Source: Anaerolineae bacterium
Lineage (GTDB): Bacteria; Chloroflexota; Anaerolineae; Anaerolineales; E44-bin32
Reading direction: 5' to 3'
Assembly: GCA_036986135.1 (NCBI GenBank)
Contig: BTQZ01000004.1
Location: forward strand, 44,093-108,092
Length of the DNA: 64,000 nucleotides
The notes beneath the pieces were generated by a model, which was not told the DNA's origin, made no database searches, and saw nothing but the letters and a program-made list of their open reading frames with translations. Of the stretch, positions 1 to 10,028 are shown piece by piece (the first letter of the stretch is position 1; every line of letters begins with the position of its first letter). The position numbers and the translations under genes were made by a program.

Positions 1-40
1 GTATCAGGGATCATACGGAAGTCTGGGCGCGCGTACCAGG

Positions 41-67
41 AAACAAAATGGCGCCCCGCAGGGCGCC
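41..67 (-). terminator. Rho-independent terminator candidate downstream of the 95..613 gene
   Basis: Perfect 7-bp GC stem GGCGCCC/GGGCGCC (50..56 and 61..67) with a 4-nt loop. On the minus strand it is followed by ATTTTGTTT (49..41). It lies about 28 nt past the stop at 95..97. Confidence 0.5.
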
Positions 68-94
68 GGAGTCTCGGCCAATTGGGAGTTTCGT

Positions 95-613
95 CTAGCT
101 TATGAAATACTCCGCGCCACAGTATGGGCAGTGCAGTACGCCTTTGCCCGCAAATTCCACTTCTCCCCCGCAGAATTTGCAGCGCCGCAAGTCGCGAATG
201 CTCGAGGCCTCAGCGGAATACAGCGTGCCCTCATCCCAATTGATGTAACCACTGTACAGGCCCATGCCGACCAGCGCGTAAATCTGGTCCTGCACTTCTT
301 TGCGGCTCGTACCCAGTTCGAGCACGAGGTCGCTGATTTGAACCTCGCCCCTACTCAAAACCACGTCCAGGATCTTGCGAAGCTCAGCGCGTTCTTCGCC
401 CTCTTCTTGCTCCTGGCGGGACCGCGTAAGAAGCACGATGCCAATCCCGGCAAGAAACAGGGCCGGAATACTGGCCAGGCCAAGCCCGACAATCGCGCCG
501 CCAACATTCAGCTCACCGGCCGCTCTCTGTCCAAGAGAGAACAGGGCGCCAAATCCAAAGATGACGATACCTCCAACGATCATGAGAATGCCGGCTACCC
601 TGCCCAAATTCAT
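95..613 (-). CDS. Small membrane protein with two N-terminal TM helices, a charged linker and a C-terminal zinc ribbon
   Basis: 172-aa ORF with hydrophobic N-terminus (GILMIVGGIVIFGFGALF, GLASIPALFLAGIGIVLL) and a C-terminal CKFCGG...HCPYCG CxxC-x-CxxC motif. Its ATG directly abuts the stop of the upstream DUF2207 gene (TAAATG at 611..616). Confidence 0.75.
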   Translation of the reverse strand: MNLGRVAGILMIVGGIVIFGFGALFSLGQRAAGELNVGGAIVGLGLASIPALFLAGIGIVLLTRSRQEQEEGEERAELRKILDVVLSRGEVQISDLVLELGTSRKEVQDQIYALVGMGLYSGYINWDEGTLYSAEASSIRDLRRCKFCGGEVEFAGKGVLHCPYCGAEYFIS

Positions 614-2488
614 TTATCCAAATCCCGCCGATCCGCCCCCACCACCACCGCCTCCACTGAAGCCACCGCCGCTGAATCCTCCGCCTCCGCTGGTGCCGCT
701 TGAGGAGGGAGCCGATCGCAGCACACGACCGGTGCTGTTGAGCATGCTTGTCAGCCCGGCGCTCATGCTCGCCAAACCCCCGGTCATGCTTCCCGCCATG
801 CCTTCAAGCCCACCCGGTCCTCGGGGCCCACCGGCTCGGCTGGTTCGCCCGGTCGAGGTAGTGGTTGGTCTCCCATACGCATAGGGTCCGTACGGCACCC
901 ACCAGGTCGGCACCGGCGTGCTTGGCTCGGCCGCGAACTTGCGAACATACGAGTCGCGAATTCCAAGCGCGATGGCATAAGGCAAGTACTTCTCGAATAG
1001 CTCGCCGACCAGTTTAAGGTCTTCGATCTTGTCGATCCGCTGCAGGTATACCTTGAAGGCCTTCCAACGGGCGGCTGCTTCGGATCCTTTGACCGTCTTG
1101 GCCGGCATCGCTCCACCGGCGATGATCACTGCGATTCCGGTCAGGACCATTCCACCAAAGAGACAGGGGAACATGGTGGTGTACCTTGCGAGCACCGCCC
1201 CGAGAAAGATCCCGATTCCGATCCCGAAGGCCACCAGCGCAAATCCGATTCCGCGCCAAAGCTTGCGGGTTGAATCCGGATTCTTGCGGAACAGTTTGCG
1301 AGTTTCCATCTCCTTGTAGAGCTTGGATTGGATCTTGGGCAGGGTCTTGTAGAACTTGTTGCGCAGATCGCTGAGCTCGACGGTGTCCCGCCCCCGCTTG
1401 AATATGCCTCCTATGATTGCCGATTCGACTGCATTCAGCGGAACGTCGCTCTCCTGCTTCTGAAAGACGAAGTCCGGAGATCCCAGGCCGAGCCAGCCCT
1501 TCTTTTCGGTCTCTTCGATTCTAAGGGCCCCCTTGCGTCCAAGATCGACGATCGTGGCGACCACATCTCGCATGTCCGCCTTTTCGTCGATCAAGGTGCC
1601 GAGCACGCCGGGTGGAAGATCGTCCGGCGGTTCCGTAATGTATTCCGGAACCGGGCCAACCTTCGGATCTCGCCCCCGCGAATACCAGACCAGGAACACC
1701 AGCGCCGGACCGCCGAAAATCAACATCACCGCCAACAACCCCAGGCCGGCGTTCACGAAAGGCTTCACGTTCTCGTCGTAGAAGAACTCGTTATCGAATT
1801 CCTCTTGCCACGCGGGTACCTCGTTCGGGATAATGCCGTGAGTGAATTCGATACCTACTTCCAATGAATCGGAAGGAGACATGGGTTCGTTGGCCAGGAA
1901 GGTCACACTGGATCCATCCGGGCTCTGACCCCATGTCGCAGCTACACCGGCCGAATCGATAATCTGGAACTGCGCGCCGTCGGGCAGCACGACCGTCACA
2001 TTGACTTCCTGGATGGGGAAATCGCGGTCGGTGGCGATGGCTTGCCACTGGAGCTTGTCACCCGAGTCATAAACACGCAGCGCGTCCTTTACTGTATAGG
2101 CGATATCGAAGGTGCGGATTTGATTGGTGGTCGGCGGGAAGTACCAGCGGATAGCCATGTCCCCGCCCTCTTGCGTAGCATCGAAGGTGAAGGGCTGCTT
2201 GGTGAAGCCGCCCTCGCCATAGACGCCTACCCCCGGCTCGCTAACCGAAATTCGGGTGATCCCGCCAGTCTTGGCTAGTGGGATCTCGCGGAATCCGAAG
2301 GTGAAGGTGCCCTTAGTGAAATTGATGCGCTGGCGCTCGAGGACGTGCAAGTCGCCATTGGGAAGAATGGTGAGGGTCGTGTCCCATCCGTCCCAAAAGA
2401 GGGACTTGGTCTGGGCTTGCACCGGCTGGCCGATGACGAGCAGCCCAAATGCAATCAGCAGGGGTAGGAAGATACGCAGTGGTCGCAT
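614..2488 (-). CDS. DUF2207-family membrane protein (signal peptide, extracellular domain, TM segments, Gly-rich tail)
   Basis: 624-aa ORF with N-terminal signal MRPLRIFLPLLIAFGLLVIGQPVQA and internal TM helices. The C-terminal tail SGGGGFSGGGFSGGGGGGGGSAGFG is typical of DUF2207 proteins as I recall them. Confidence 0.85.
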   Translation of the reverse strand: MRPLRIFLPLLIAFGLLVIGQPVQAQTKSLFWDGWDTTLTILPNGDLHVLERQRINFTKGTFTFGFREIPLAKTGGITRISVSEPGVGVYGEGGFTKQPFTFDATQEGGDMAIRWYFPPTTNQIRTFDIAYTVKDALRVYDSGDKLQWQAIATDRDFPIQEVNVTVVLPDGAQFQIIDSAGVAATWGQSPDGSSVTFLANEPMSPSDSLEVGIEFTHGIIPNEVPAWQEEFDNEFFYDENVKPFVNAGLGLLAVMLIFGGPALVFLVWYSRGRDPKVGPVPEYITEPPDDLPPGVLGTLIDEKADMRDVVATIVDLGRKGALRIEETEKKGWLGLGSPDFVFQKQESDVPLNAVESAIIGGIFKRGRDTVELSDLRNKFYKTLPKIQSKLYKEMETRKLFRKNPDSTRKLWRGIGFALVAFGIGIGIFLGAVLARYTTMFPCLFGGMVLTGIAVIIAGGAMPAKTVKGSEAAARWKAFKVYLQRIDKIEDLKLVGELFEKYLPYAIALGIRDSYVRKFAAEPSTPVPTWWVPYGPYAYGRPTTTSTGRTSRAGGPRGPGGLEGMAGSMTGGLASMSAGLTSMLNSTGRVLRSAPSSSGTSGGGGFSGGGFSGGGGGGGGSAGFG

Positions 2489-2640
2489 GTAATAGGTTAG
2501 CTCAAGCGCACAAATGATACATTCGACCTCCCCACAAGTCGAGCCGACTGGCGTCCTATTTGTGCGAGGAGTACCCGTGCTCGGTAATGTGATGCAGTTC
2601 TGGCTGGTGCGGACCGTCTCAGATTGGGCGTGTGTTGAAA

Positions 2641-3168
2641 CTAGAGTGGGATCTGGGTCGAGGGGATCGAGCCAGCTCGTTCGCGCAACAAGCGTGCGCG
2701 AATCTGGCTTTGCGGGATGGTCAGGTCAGTCAGGTCGACGGCATTCAATAGACGATCCCCGGTGGTGAAGAGGAAGGTGAACCGCCGCCAGGAGCGAGAT
2801 GCAATGGGAGGGGAGAGCTCGAGCACGGGTCCCAACTGCATTTTGAAGTAGGGCTCATCCACCCGCTCATGATCGGTCTCCTGGAAGAGCAGCTCACGCC
2901 GCGTTCTCAGCTCATACCCACGCACTTCTGCCAGGTAACGCACCGTCCAGCGATGCTCGCCGAAAGTCGCTGGAAGGTAAAATGCCAGCCAGTCCACACG
3001 CACCGTGCGAGGCGCGGTTACGAGGGGGATCCGATACCATCCCAGAGTCTGCGCGATCTCGAGGTCCCGCGGCGTGTTCAAGATCGCAACGAGTACCAGA
3101 TCCTCCGCTCCCGGCGGGTTCTCCTTCCAATCACGGGTCACTACCTGGCGGCCGGATTTCATGAGCAT
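2641..3168 (-). CDS. Hypothetical protein, no domain recognised
   Basis: 175-aa ORF in a normal codon and amino-acid context with no overlap with better ORFs. I recognise no motif. Confidence 0.55.
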   Translation of the reverse strand: MLMKSGRQVVTRDWKENPPGAEDLVLVAILNTPRDLEIAQTLGWYRIPLVTAPRTVRVDWLAFYLPATFGEHRWTVRYLAEVRGYELRTRRELLFQETDHERVDEPYFKMQLGPVLELSPPIASRSWRRFTFLFTTGDRLLNAVDLTDLTIPQSQIRARLLRERAGSIPSTQIPL

Positions 3169-3222
3169 CCGATATAATAGATCATTTGTTCTAGGCCGTC
3201 AACTATGAATTTCCCCGTTAAC

Positions 3223-3245
3223 TGAAACCTCCCCTTTCGGGGAGG
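3223..3245 (-). terminator. Terminator-like hairpin after the PLP-enzyme gene
   Basis: Stem CCTCCCC/GGGGAGG (3228..3234 and 3239..3245), loop TTTC. On the minus strand it is followed by TTTCAGTT. It lies 23 nt after the stop at 3268. Confidence 0.45.
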
Positions 3246-3267
3246 CTTGAAACGGAGGAAAACGCGG

Positions 3268-4728
3268 CTAGCCCAAGCCGACCCGCGTATTAAATTCCTT
3301 TATGTGCTGGTCGATCTCCTCGACCTGCCCCTGCGTGGCAGTCCAGTAATCTCGATCGTACCACTGCGCCATGATCTCTTCGTAGGTCCGCCCCTGCTGT
3401 TCCACCCAGGTGAAGTACTTCAGGTTGTGGATCCGGCGCCGATCGGTGTAGCGAAGCTCCAGCAAATTCTCGGTGGTAAGTCCCATTAGATAGCGAGCGA
3501 AATCAGCCGCCGCTTCCAGATCGGTGTACTCACCACGCTCCTGGCTCATCTCCTCCAGGCGGCTTTGATACAGATCCATCGAATCGGTGAGCACGGTGAT
3601 CACGACATCCGAGCTGCCCAGCTCGTAGTATTTGGCGAACTTGATGGCCAAGGATAGGTTGGCGATCCCGGAGAACCCGAGCAGATCGAGCTGCCCTAGG
3701 GTATCCTCGGGCACCCCCTGCGATGCAAGATAGTTCTGGCCGGCGGATTCGTTGAAGAGCCGTGCCAGGTGTACGATCCCGTTGTCGTCCAGGTCGATTA
3801 CCATGTCGGTGTTCTTGACGTTGTGGATCCAGGGCACGTGCTTGTCGCCAATGCCCTCGATGCGATGCGCGCCGAATCCGTTCTCGAGCAATGTTGGGCA
3901 CTGAGAGGCTTCGCCAGCGGCGATCTTGCTTCTCGGAAACTTCTGCTTCAAGAAATCCCCGCAGCCAATCGTGCCCGCCGAGCCGGTCGTGAGCGTGACA
4001 CCGCGATATTCATCGCCGGGGCCGAGCTCCTGCTCGAGCACCTCCAACATGGCATGCCCGGTCACTTCGTAGTGCCAGAGGTAATTCCCGAATTGCTCGA
4101 ACTGGTTGAAGATCATCAGATCTTCTCCCGATTCGCGCAACTCCCAGGTCTTGTCGAAGATCTCCTTCACATTCGATTCGCTTCCGGGGGTCTTGATCAC
4201 CTCTCCCGCTATGTTGGCCAGCCAATCGAAACGTTCTTTGCTCATTCCTTCCGGCAAGATTGCCACCGACTGGCAACCCAGCAAAGCCGAATCGTACGCG
4301 CCTCCCCGGCAGTAGTTGCCGGTGGATGGCCAGACCGCCTTTTGGTTCGTCGGATCGAATTGGCCGGTCACGAGGCTGGGCACGAGACAGCCAAATGCCG
4401 CGCCCACCTTGTGCGCCCCGGTCGGGAACCACTTGCCGACCAATGCCAGGATCCGAGCCTCGACTCCGGTCAGGCTGCTGGGGAATTCGATGTAGTTCAC
4501 TCCCCCAAAACCACCACCGGTTTCAACGGGCTCGTTCTTCCAGCTGATGCGGAAGAGATTCAAAGGGTCCACATCCCACAGCCCGACCTGGCCAAGCCTC
4601 TTGCGGATTCCCTCCGGAATGCTGGCAGGGTCCTTCATCTGGGCGAAGGTGGGGACGACAACGCCGCGCTCCTTTGCGCGGCCGGCGGCTCGCTCGAGCC
4701 GATCCTCGTACATTGTTAAGTCAATCAT
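3268..4728 (-). CDS. Pyridoxal-phosphate-dependent enzyme, tryptophan-synthase-beta/cysteine-synthase superfamily (fold type II), long form
   Basis: 486-aa ORF. The PTGAHKVGAAFG lysine motif and STGNYCRGGAYDSALLG resemble the PLP-lysine and glycine-rich loops of fold-type II enzymes. Exact activity not assignable. Confidence 0.75.
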   Translation of the reverse strand: MIDLTMYEDRLERAAGRAKERGVVVPTFAQMKDPASIPEGIRKRLGQVGLWDVDPLNLFRISWKNEPVETGGGFGGVNYIEFPSSLTGVEARILALVGKWFPTGAHKVGAAFGCLVPSLVTGQFDPTNQKAVWPSTGNYCRGGAYDSALLGCQSVAILPEGMSKERFDWLANIAGEVIKTPGSESNVKEIFDKTWELRESGEDLMIFNQFEQFGNYLWHYEVTGHAMLEVLEQELGPGDEYRGVTLTTGSAGTIGCGDFLKQKFPRSKIAAGEASQCPTLLENGFGAHRIEGIGDKHVPWIHNVKNTDMVIDLDDNGIVHLARLFNESAGQNYLASQGVPEDTLGQLDLLGFSGIANLSLAIKFAKYYELGSSDVVITVLTDSMDLYQSRLEEMSQERGEYTDLEAAADFARYLMGLTTENLLELRYTDRRRIHNLKYFTWVEQQGRTYEEIMAQWYDRDYWTATQGQVEEIDQHIKEFNTRVGLG

Positions 4729-4730
4729 GG

Positions 4731-5699
4731 TTACCTTTCTGTTTCCGCGACCTCCTCTGGCTCCTCGCGCAGCACGTATAGGGGACGGTTTTTCGCCTCG
4801 TCGTAAAGCCGGCCGATGTACTCGCCGAGAATGCCCAGAGAGATGAGTTGAACGCCTCCCAGAAAAAGAACCGCGATGAGCGTGGTGGCCTGGCCCGAGA
4901 GCTCTGCCCTCCCTGACAGACGAAGATAGATCACTATCGGAATTGCAATAATGGCGAGCACTGCGGAGAAGAAACCAAAATAAGTCGCAAGCTGTAATGG
5001 AAAATAGGAAAAGCCCGTAACGGCATTGATCGCCAGGCGGAGCATCTTGCGGAACGGATACTTCGTCTCTCCCGCCTGGCGTGCGGCGCGCTTGTATGAG
5101 ACGCCGACCTGTCGAAACCCCACCCAGGCGGTCATCGCGCGGGGAAAGCGATGATGCTCGCGCATTTTCTTTAGCGCCTCTACTACCTTCCGGTCCAGCA
5201 AGCGGAAGTCGCCCGCGTTGAGCGGGATTTCAACTTCCGTAATGCTGTTGATCACCCGGTAAAAAACGGCGGCCGTGGCGCGCTTGAACCAGCCTTCCCC
5301 TTCCCGCTCCGTGCGCACGGCGTAGACCACCTCGTAGCCCTCACGCCACTTCTCAGCCAGCTCGGAAATGAGCTCCGGAGGATCCTGCAGGTCGGTGTCG
5401 ATGATCACCACCGCTTGGCCACGGCTGTAGTCCAGCCCGGCCGTCACGGCAATCTGATGTCCAAAGTTGCGGGAGAAGAGCACTGGACGCACACGGTTGT
5501 CCTCAAGGGCCAAGTCGCTGATGATGCTAGAGGAGCCATCCGTGCTGCCGTCATCCACCAGCACAAGCTCCCAGGGCTCTCCTATGGCATCCATGGCGGC
5601 CTGCACCCGGTCGTAGAATTCACGAAGCGTTTCGACTTCGTCGAAGACTGGCCCGACCACCGAGAAAGTCGGCTTTTCGTCTGCTACTTTTGCTTTCAT
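4731..5699 (-). CDS. Family 2 glycosyltransferase, polyprenyl-phosphate sugar transferase type (DPM1/ArnC/GtrB-like) with two C-terminal TM helices
   Basis: VVGPVFDE...LVLVDDGSTDGS and DTDLQDPPE (DxD) motifs, with a C-terminal hydrophobic pair. Confidence 0.9.
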   Translation of the reverse strand: MKAKVADEKPTFSVVGPVFDEVETLREFYDRVQAAMDAIGEPWELVLVDDGSTDGSSSIISDLALEDNRVRPVLFSRNFGHQIAVTAGLDYSRGQAVVIIDTDLQDPPELISELAEKWREGYEVVYAVRTEREGEGWFKRATAAVFYRVINSITEVEIPLNAGDFRLLDRKVVEALKKMREHHRFPRAMTAWVGFRQVGVSYKRAARQAGETKYPFRKMLRLAINAVTGFSYFPLQLATYFGFFSAVLAIIAIPIVIYLRLSGRAELSGQATTLIAVLFLGGVQLISLGILGEYIGRLYDEAKNRPLYVLREEPEEVAETER

Positions 5700-5912
5700 A
5701 TCTCCGGCGATATGCTATGCGATTCTGGAAAAAAAAGCACGCGCGCGATTTCTCTCACATTTGCCTGGGTAGCTCAGATGTGGCTATGCGCATGCCGTTC
5801 GATGGTCGGCCCCTTTTGAAACTCAACAGGCCCACTTCGCGTCGCGGCCTCGCTCACGAGCGGGAAAGCAGCAGCCCGGCGCGAGAAATTCTGGGCGGCG
5901 CAAGGGACCAAG

Positions 5913-7160
5913 CTAGGACACCACATCGCGCAGCGCCTCCAGCGTCGGTTCTATCACTGCCGCTTCGCCGGCGGCACGCATGGCAGCCGGAACGTCCTTG
6001 AGTCCGCTGCCGGTGATCACCACCACGATCCGCGCGTCCGATGCCACACGATCGCTCTCGACCGCGGCTTCCAAACCTGCATAGGCGGTCGCTCCGGCCG
6101 GCTCCGCAAAGACCGCCTCATGGCCAAGCGTGCGGATGGCCTCCAAAATCGATCCATCCTCGACGGCAATCATCGCCCCACCCGTTTCGCGTACCGCACG
6201 CAGGGCGCGCAACCCATCGCGCGGAAGGTCGACCGCAATGCTGTCGGCAATGGTATCGGAGTGGACGGGCTGAATCACCTCCGCACCCGTCTCAAAGGCA
6301 TGCGTCACCGCCGCCGATCCGGTGGATTGAATGCCATAGAGCCGAGGCACATGATCGATCCAACCTAGCTCAAATAGGTCCTTGAAACCCTTATGCAGAC
6401 CGGTGATGATATTTCCGTCACCCACGGACACGAAGACCGCCTCTGGCGCCTCCCATCGATTGACCCCTGGACCCGAGAGCTGCTCACAGATTTCGAACGC
6501 GGCGGTTTTTTTTCCTTCGACCGTGAACGCGTTGTAACCGGTGTTGCGGCAGTACCAGCCAAACTCCTCCGCGGCCTCCAACGAGAGCTCGAAGGCCTGA
6601 TCGTAGTTTCCGTCCACGAGCACAACTCGAGCTCCATAGATTAAGAGCTGAGCGACCTTGGCTTGTGGGGCATTGGCGGGGGCCAGGATCACCGCCGGCA
6701 CCCCTACCGCAGCGGCCATGCCGGCCAGCGCGGCGCCCGCGTTGCCGGTGGAGGCGGTGACTACCGTTCCCGCGCCGATCTCTCGTGCCCGCGCCACTAC
6801 CACCGCGCTGGCGCGGTCCTTAAAGGAAGCGGTGGGGTTGCGCCCATCGTCTTTGAACCACAGATTCTCTAATCTCAAGTCGGCCGCTATCCGACGGGAC
6901 TTCAAGAACGGTGTCCAGCCCACTGCCCGCAGCTGGGTACCCTGATTTCCTGGATCCGCGACCGGGAGCAGCGGCAAGTAGCGCCAAATCGAATTCTCAC
7001 GGCTTGAGCCGATCTCTGTGGGCGAGCAGGCTCGTATTACAGAATCGATGTCCAGGAGTATGTCTAAGTTGCCTCCGTCCCTGCTACAGACCATGACCGG
7101 ATCCTCCCAGTCATATTTTTCAGCACAGGTGGAGCATCGATAGCCGATGAAGTGTGGCAA
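5913..7160 (-). CDS. thrC: Threonine synthase with N-terminal zinc ribbon
   Basis: 415 aa. N-terminal YRCSTCAEKY...VCSRDGGNLD, PLP-lysine motif TASFKDRASAVVV and TASTGNAGAALA loop. Confidence 0.9.
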   Translation of the reverse strand: MPHFIGYRCSTCAEKYDWEDPVMVCSRDGGNLDILLDIDSVIRACSPTEIGSSRENSIWRYLPLLPVADPGNQGTQLRAVGWTPFLKSRRIAADLRLENLWFKDDGRNPTASFKDRASAVVVARAREIGAGTVVTASTGNAGAALAGMAAAVGVPAVILAPANAPQAKVAQLLIYGARVVLVDGNYDQAFELSLEAAEEFGWYCRNTGYNAFTVEGKKTAAFEICEQLSGPGVNRWEAPEAVFVSVGDGNIITGLHKGFKDLFELGWIDHVPRLYGIQSTGSAAVTHAFETGAEVIQPVHSDTIADSIAVDLPRDGLRALRAVRETGGAMIAVEDGSILEAIRTLGHEAVFAEPAGATAYAGLEAAVESDRVASDARIVVVITGSGLKDVPAAMRAAGEAAVIEPTLEALRDVVS

Positions 7161-7172
7161 GCGGTCAGCTCC

Positions 7173-8969
7173 TCACATTCCTATGGAATCCACTGAAGCT
7201 CCCTTTCCCTGTCCGTCGAGTCGCACAGGGATCAGCGCTTGTTTCGCCACATCAATCAGTCCTCTATCGGAGAAGCCGGCTTCCGGGATCGAGGGAAGCG
7301 ATATGAAGGAGAGCGTCATAAATGGTGTCTTCAACTGGCATCCCAGAGACGCCGCAGCGGTGCGAACCTTTTCGAGTTGTGTTTCGACCTCGCTGGCCGG
7401 CAGCTCGCTCATCAGGCCCGCTATCGGGAGCGGCAGTCTTTCGAGGATTCTACCTTTCTCTGCAACGACGAAGCCGCCCTGGGATTCTTCCAGGGCTCTT
7501 ACGCACAGGAGCATATCTTCATCATTGGTTCCGACCACAAGAATGTTGTGGTGGTCGTGCGCCACCGACCCGGCGATCGCTCCCCGTTTGAGTCCGAAAC
7601 CCTTCGTCCATCCAACGGCGACATTTCCGTTCTTGCCGTACCGCTCCACGACCGCGAGCTTGAGAACATCGAGCTCAGGCGCGGCCTGCGCCGAGCCATC
7701 CTTGATAGAGAGTTCGGCCTCGCGTAGATGGTTGAAGATCTGATCCGGAACGATCTCGATGACACGCAGTCGCACGGTCGTGCCTTGCGCGGGAAACTCA
7801 AATTCATTGGGCTCGAGATCCGCTAGAACGCGAACCGTCCGCTTCAGCCAGTCAGGGAATTCCTGCGGCTTGAGATCGTCTGTGAGCGAACCGCCCTCTG
7901 CCACGACTCGGCCCCCGACCAGCACCATCTCTGGTCGGATTTCGTCGAGAGACGCGCACAACAGAATGTCGGCGAACCGCCCGGGCGCGATTGCCCCTAT
8001 TAGATGACCCACCCTGAAGTGCTCCGCCGCATTGATCGAAGCAATTTTAATCGCTTGCAGCGGACTCAGACCTAAGCGTATGGCCTCATTGACGTTGTAA
8101 TTGATATGCCCCTCGCGTCGGATATCAGACGGATGCTTATCGTCCGTGCAAAACATGAGGTGGCGCGTGTCAATTTGGCGCTCCAGGACGCCTGCAATCA
8201 AGTCATGCAGGTTCCGCTCTGAGCTACCCTCCCGTATCATGACCGCCATACCGACAGCCAAACGAGCCTCAAGCTGATCGACAGTGACACACTCATGGTC
8301 GTCCGTTATTCCGACAGAGGCGTAGGCCTCAAGTTCCGCGCCTTCCAGGCCGATGGCGTGCCCATTGGCGATCTTTCCGAGCTTTGACGCGGCCAGCACC
8401 TTCTGCAGATGTTCGGCTGACAATCTCAAGACCTTTGAAGGGTCAAGCTCTCCCAGGCTAACAGTTTCGGGCCAGGCAAGGATCCGCTCGACCTGCTTGA
8501 TTCCGAGGTCTCCGCCGGTCGTCTCTAGGCCAGGCGCAGTGGGCACGCGCGACGACACCTGAACGAACATTCGATAAGGTAACTCTTCGACCCCACTGAA
8601 AAAGGCTTCGAGGCCCTCGATACCCGCAACATTAGCCACTTCCATGGGATCGACGAGCAGCGTCGTTGTTCCGGTGGGGACGATGACTTCCGACAGGCTG
8701 GCGGGAGTGAGCAGAGTGCTCTCGATGTGAATGTGAGCATCGATAAACCCAGGGAGCGCGTAGAGCCCTTCCGCTTCGATCGTCTCGCGGGAGGCAGCTT
8801 CACTACTCGGAAAGATTGAGACGATCCGCTCTGCTCGGATTCCGATGTCGGTTTCCGTGACCCGCCCCGAAAACACATCCACGAGTCGCACGCCACGAAT
8901 GAGAAGATCGAGCGGCTCACTGCCCAGCGCAGCGCGAACGCGTGCCTCAAGTGTCGCTAAATTGCTCAT
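7173..8969 (-). CDS. ade: Adenine deaminase family amidohydrolase (copy 1)
   Basis: 598 aa. PGFIDAHIHIESTLLTP...VPTGTTTLLVDPMEVANV matches the adenine deaminase HxH/IES signature and length. Confidence 0.85.
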   Translation of the reverse strand: MSNLATLEARVRAALGSEPLDLLIRGVRLVDVFSGRVTETDIGIRAERIVSIFPSSEAASRETIEAEGLYALPGFIDAHIHIESTLLTPASLSEVIVPTGTTTLLVDPMEVANVAGIEGLEAFFSGVEELPYRMFVQVSSRVPTAPGLETTGGDLGIKQVERILAWPETVSLGELDPSKVLRLSAEHLQKVLAASKLGKIANGHAIGLEGAELEAYASVGITDDHECVTVDQLEARLAVGMAVMIREGSSERNLHDLIAGVLERQIDTRHLMFCTDDKHPSDIRREGHINYNVNEAIRLGLSPLQAIKIASINAAEHFRVGHLIGAIAPGRFADILLCASLDEIRPEMVLVGGRVVAEGGSLTDDLKPQEFPDWLKRTVRVLADLEPNEFEFPAQGTTVRLRVIEIVPDQIFNHLREAELSIKDGSAQAAPELDVLKLAVVERYGKNGNVAVGWTKGFGLKRGAIAGSVAHDHHNILVVGTNDEDMLLCVRALEESQGGFVVAEKGRILERLPLPIAGLMSELPASEVETQLEKVRTAAASLGCQLKTPFMTLSFISLPSIPEAGFSDRGLIDVAKQALIPVRLDGQGKGASVDSIGM

Positions 8970-8988
8970 GGTCTCCCCAGATGTTGAA

Positions 8989-9008
8989 AGACGCCTATGC
9001 GGGCGTCT
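8989..9008 (-). promoter_or_regulatory. Intercistronic hairpin between the permease gene and ade copy 1
   Basis: AGACGCC-TATGCG-GGCGTCT, 7-bp stem, in the 81-nt gap. Function unknown (mRNA stabiliser or weak terminator). Confidence 0.3.
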
Positions 9009-9050
9009 GCGCTGTAAATATATGCTGGCTCGAATAATACTCCCGCGTCT

Positions 9051-10028
9051 CTAGATTCCTCTCTCCCCACGAATATAGGGAATCCCCAACGCAGCCGGGG
9101 CCCCGAGTCGCTTTCGCAATGCCTCTCCGGAAGCGATCACGAGCACGAGGATTACGAACAGATAGGGCAGCATGTTGGCAAAATAGCTGAGCAACGGGTC
9201 CTGCAGAATGAGATGCGCATCCAATGGCAGCGGTGGAGCGCCCTGTAGATCGAGCGGAAGACGGCGGATCGCGCCGAAGAGGTAGGATCCGAATGCCGCT
9301 CGGAATGGACCCCAACCTGCGAAGATCACAAGACCGAGAGCGATCCAGCCCTGTCCGGCTGTTAGGCCGTCGATCCAAAGCGGAGTGATCGCCAGGCTCA
9401 AGCTGGCCCCGGCCAATCCTGCAAGCAGCCCTCCAACGAACACGTAGAGATACCGCAGCCGGAACACGTTGATCCCCACCGAGTCCGCCGCGGCCGGGTA
9501 CTCGCCTACTGCACGCATGTTTAGGCCCGGCCGCGTTCGATTGATGATGAACCAGGCGATTGGCACCATGATGAAACCCAGATAGACGATGACGTTGTGT
9601 TGAAAAAAGATCTGCCCTAGCACTGGGATCTGCCCGAGCAGCGGGATATCCAGCGCGGGCAAGCGCGGGGCATCCCGAACATCCACCAGAGACCAACCAA
9701 TCACTGAGCTGAGGCCCGCCCCGACAAAGGTGAGCGCAAGCCCGCTCACCACCTGATCGGCCCGCAAGGTGATCGAGGCTAGCGCGTGAAGCAGGCTCAT
9801 TAGACCGCCTACAATCATCCCCACTAACAAGGCAATCCACGGATCCCCGAGGGTGTGTGACACAAGAAATGCGGTCACTGCCCCCATCAACATCATGCCC
9901 TCGACGCCGAGGTTTATCACACCGGCGCGCTCGGCAAAGAGCTCGCCAATCGTTGCAAACAGCACCGGAGTGCCCGAGGCCACACCCGCGGCAAGGATGG
10001 TTGTGATGAAGATCAGGTAGTTGCTCAC
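9051..10028 (-). CDS. ABC transporter permease, nucleoside/simple-sugar type (YufQ/NupQ-like)
   Basis: 325-aa polytopic protein. ATIGELFAERAGVINLGVEGMM is the conserved N-terminal motif of BMP-system permeases. 4-nt overlap with the upstream permease gene. Confidence 0.9.
   Translation of the reverse strand: MSNYLIFITTILAAGVASGTPVLFATIGELFAERAGVINLGVEGMMLMGAVTAFLVSHTLGDPWIALLVGMIVGGLMSLLHALASITLRADQVVSGLALTFVGAGLSSVIGWSLVDVRDAPRLPALDIPLLGQIPVLGQIFFQHNVIVYLGFIMVPIAWFIINRTRPGLNMRAVGEYPAAADSVGINVFRLRYLYVFVGGLLAGLAGASLSLAITPLWIDGLTAGQGWIALGLVIFAGWGPFRAAFGSYLFGAIRRLPLDLQGAPPLPLDAHLILQDPLLSYFANMLPYLFVILVLVIASGEALRKRLGAPAALGIPYIRGERGI

Noticed and set aside
5765-5815. tRNA-like fragment (GGGTAGCTCAG...CCGTTCGATGG) in the GT2-thrC gap
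   Set aside because: No complementary D-stem (GAGC), no acceptor stem and no plausible anticodon arm; only about 50 nt. At best it is a chance resemblance or an ancient fragment.
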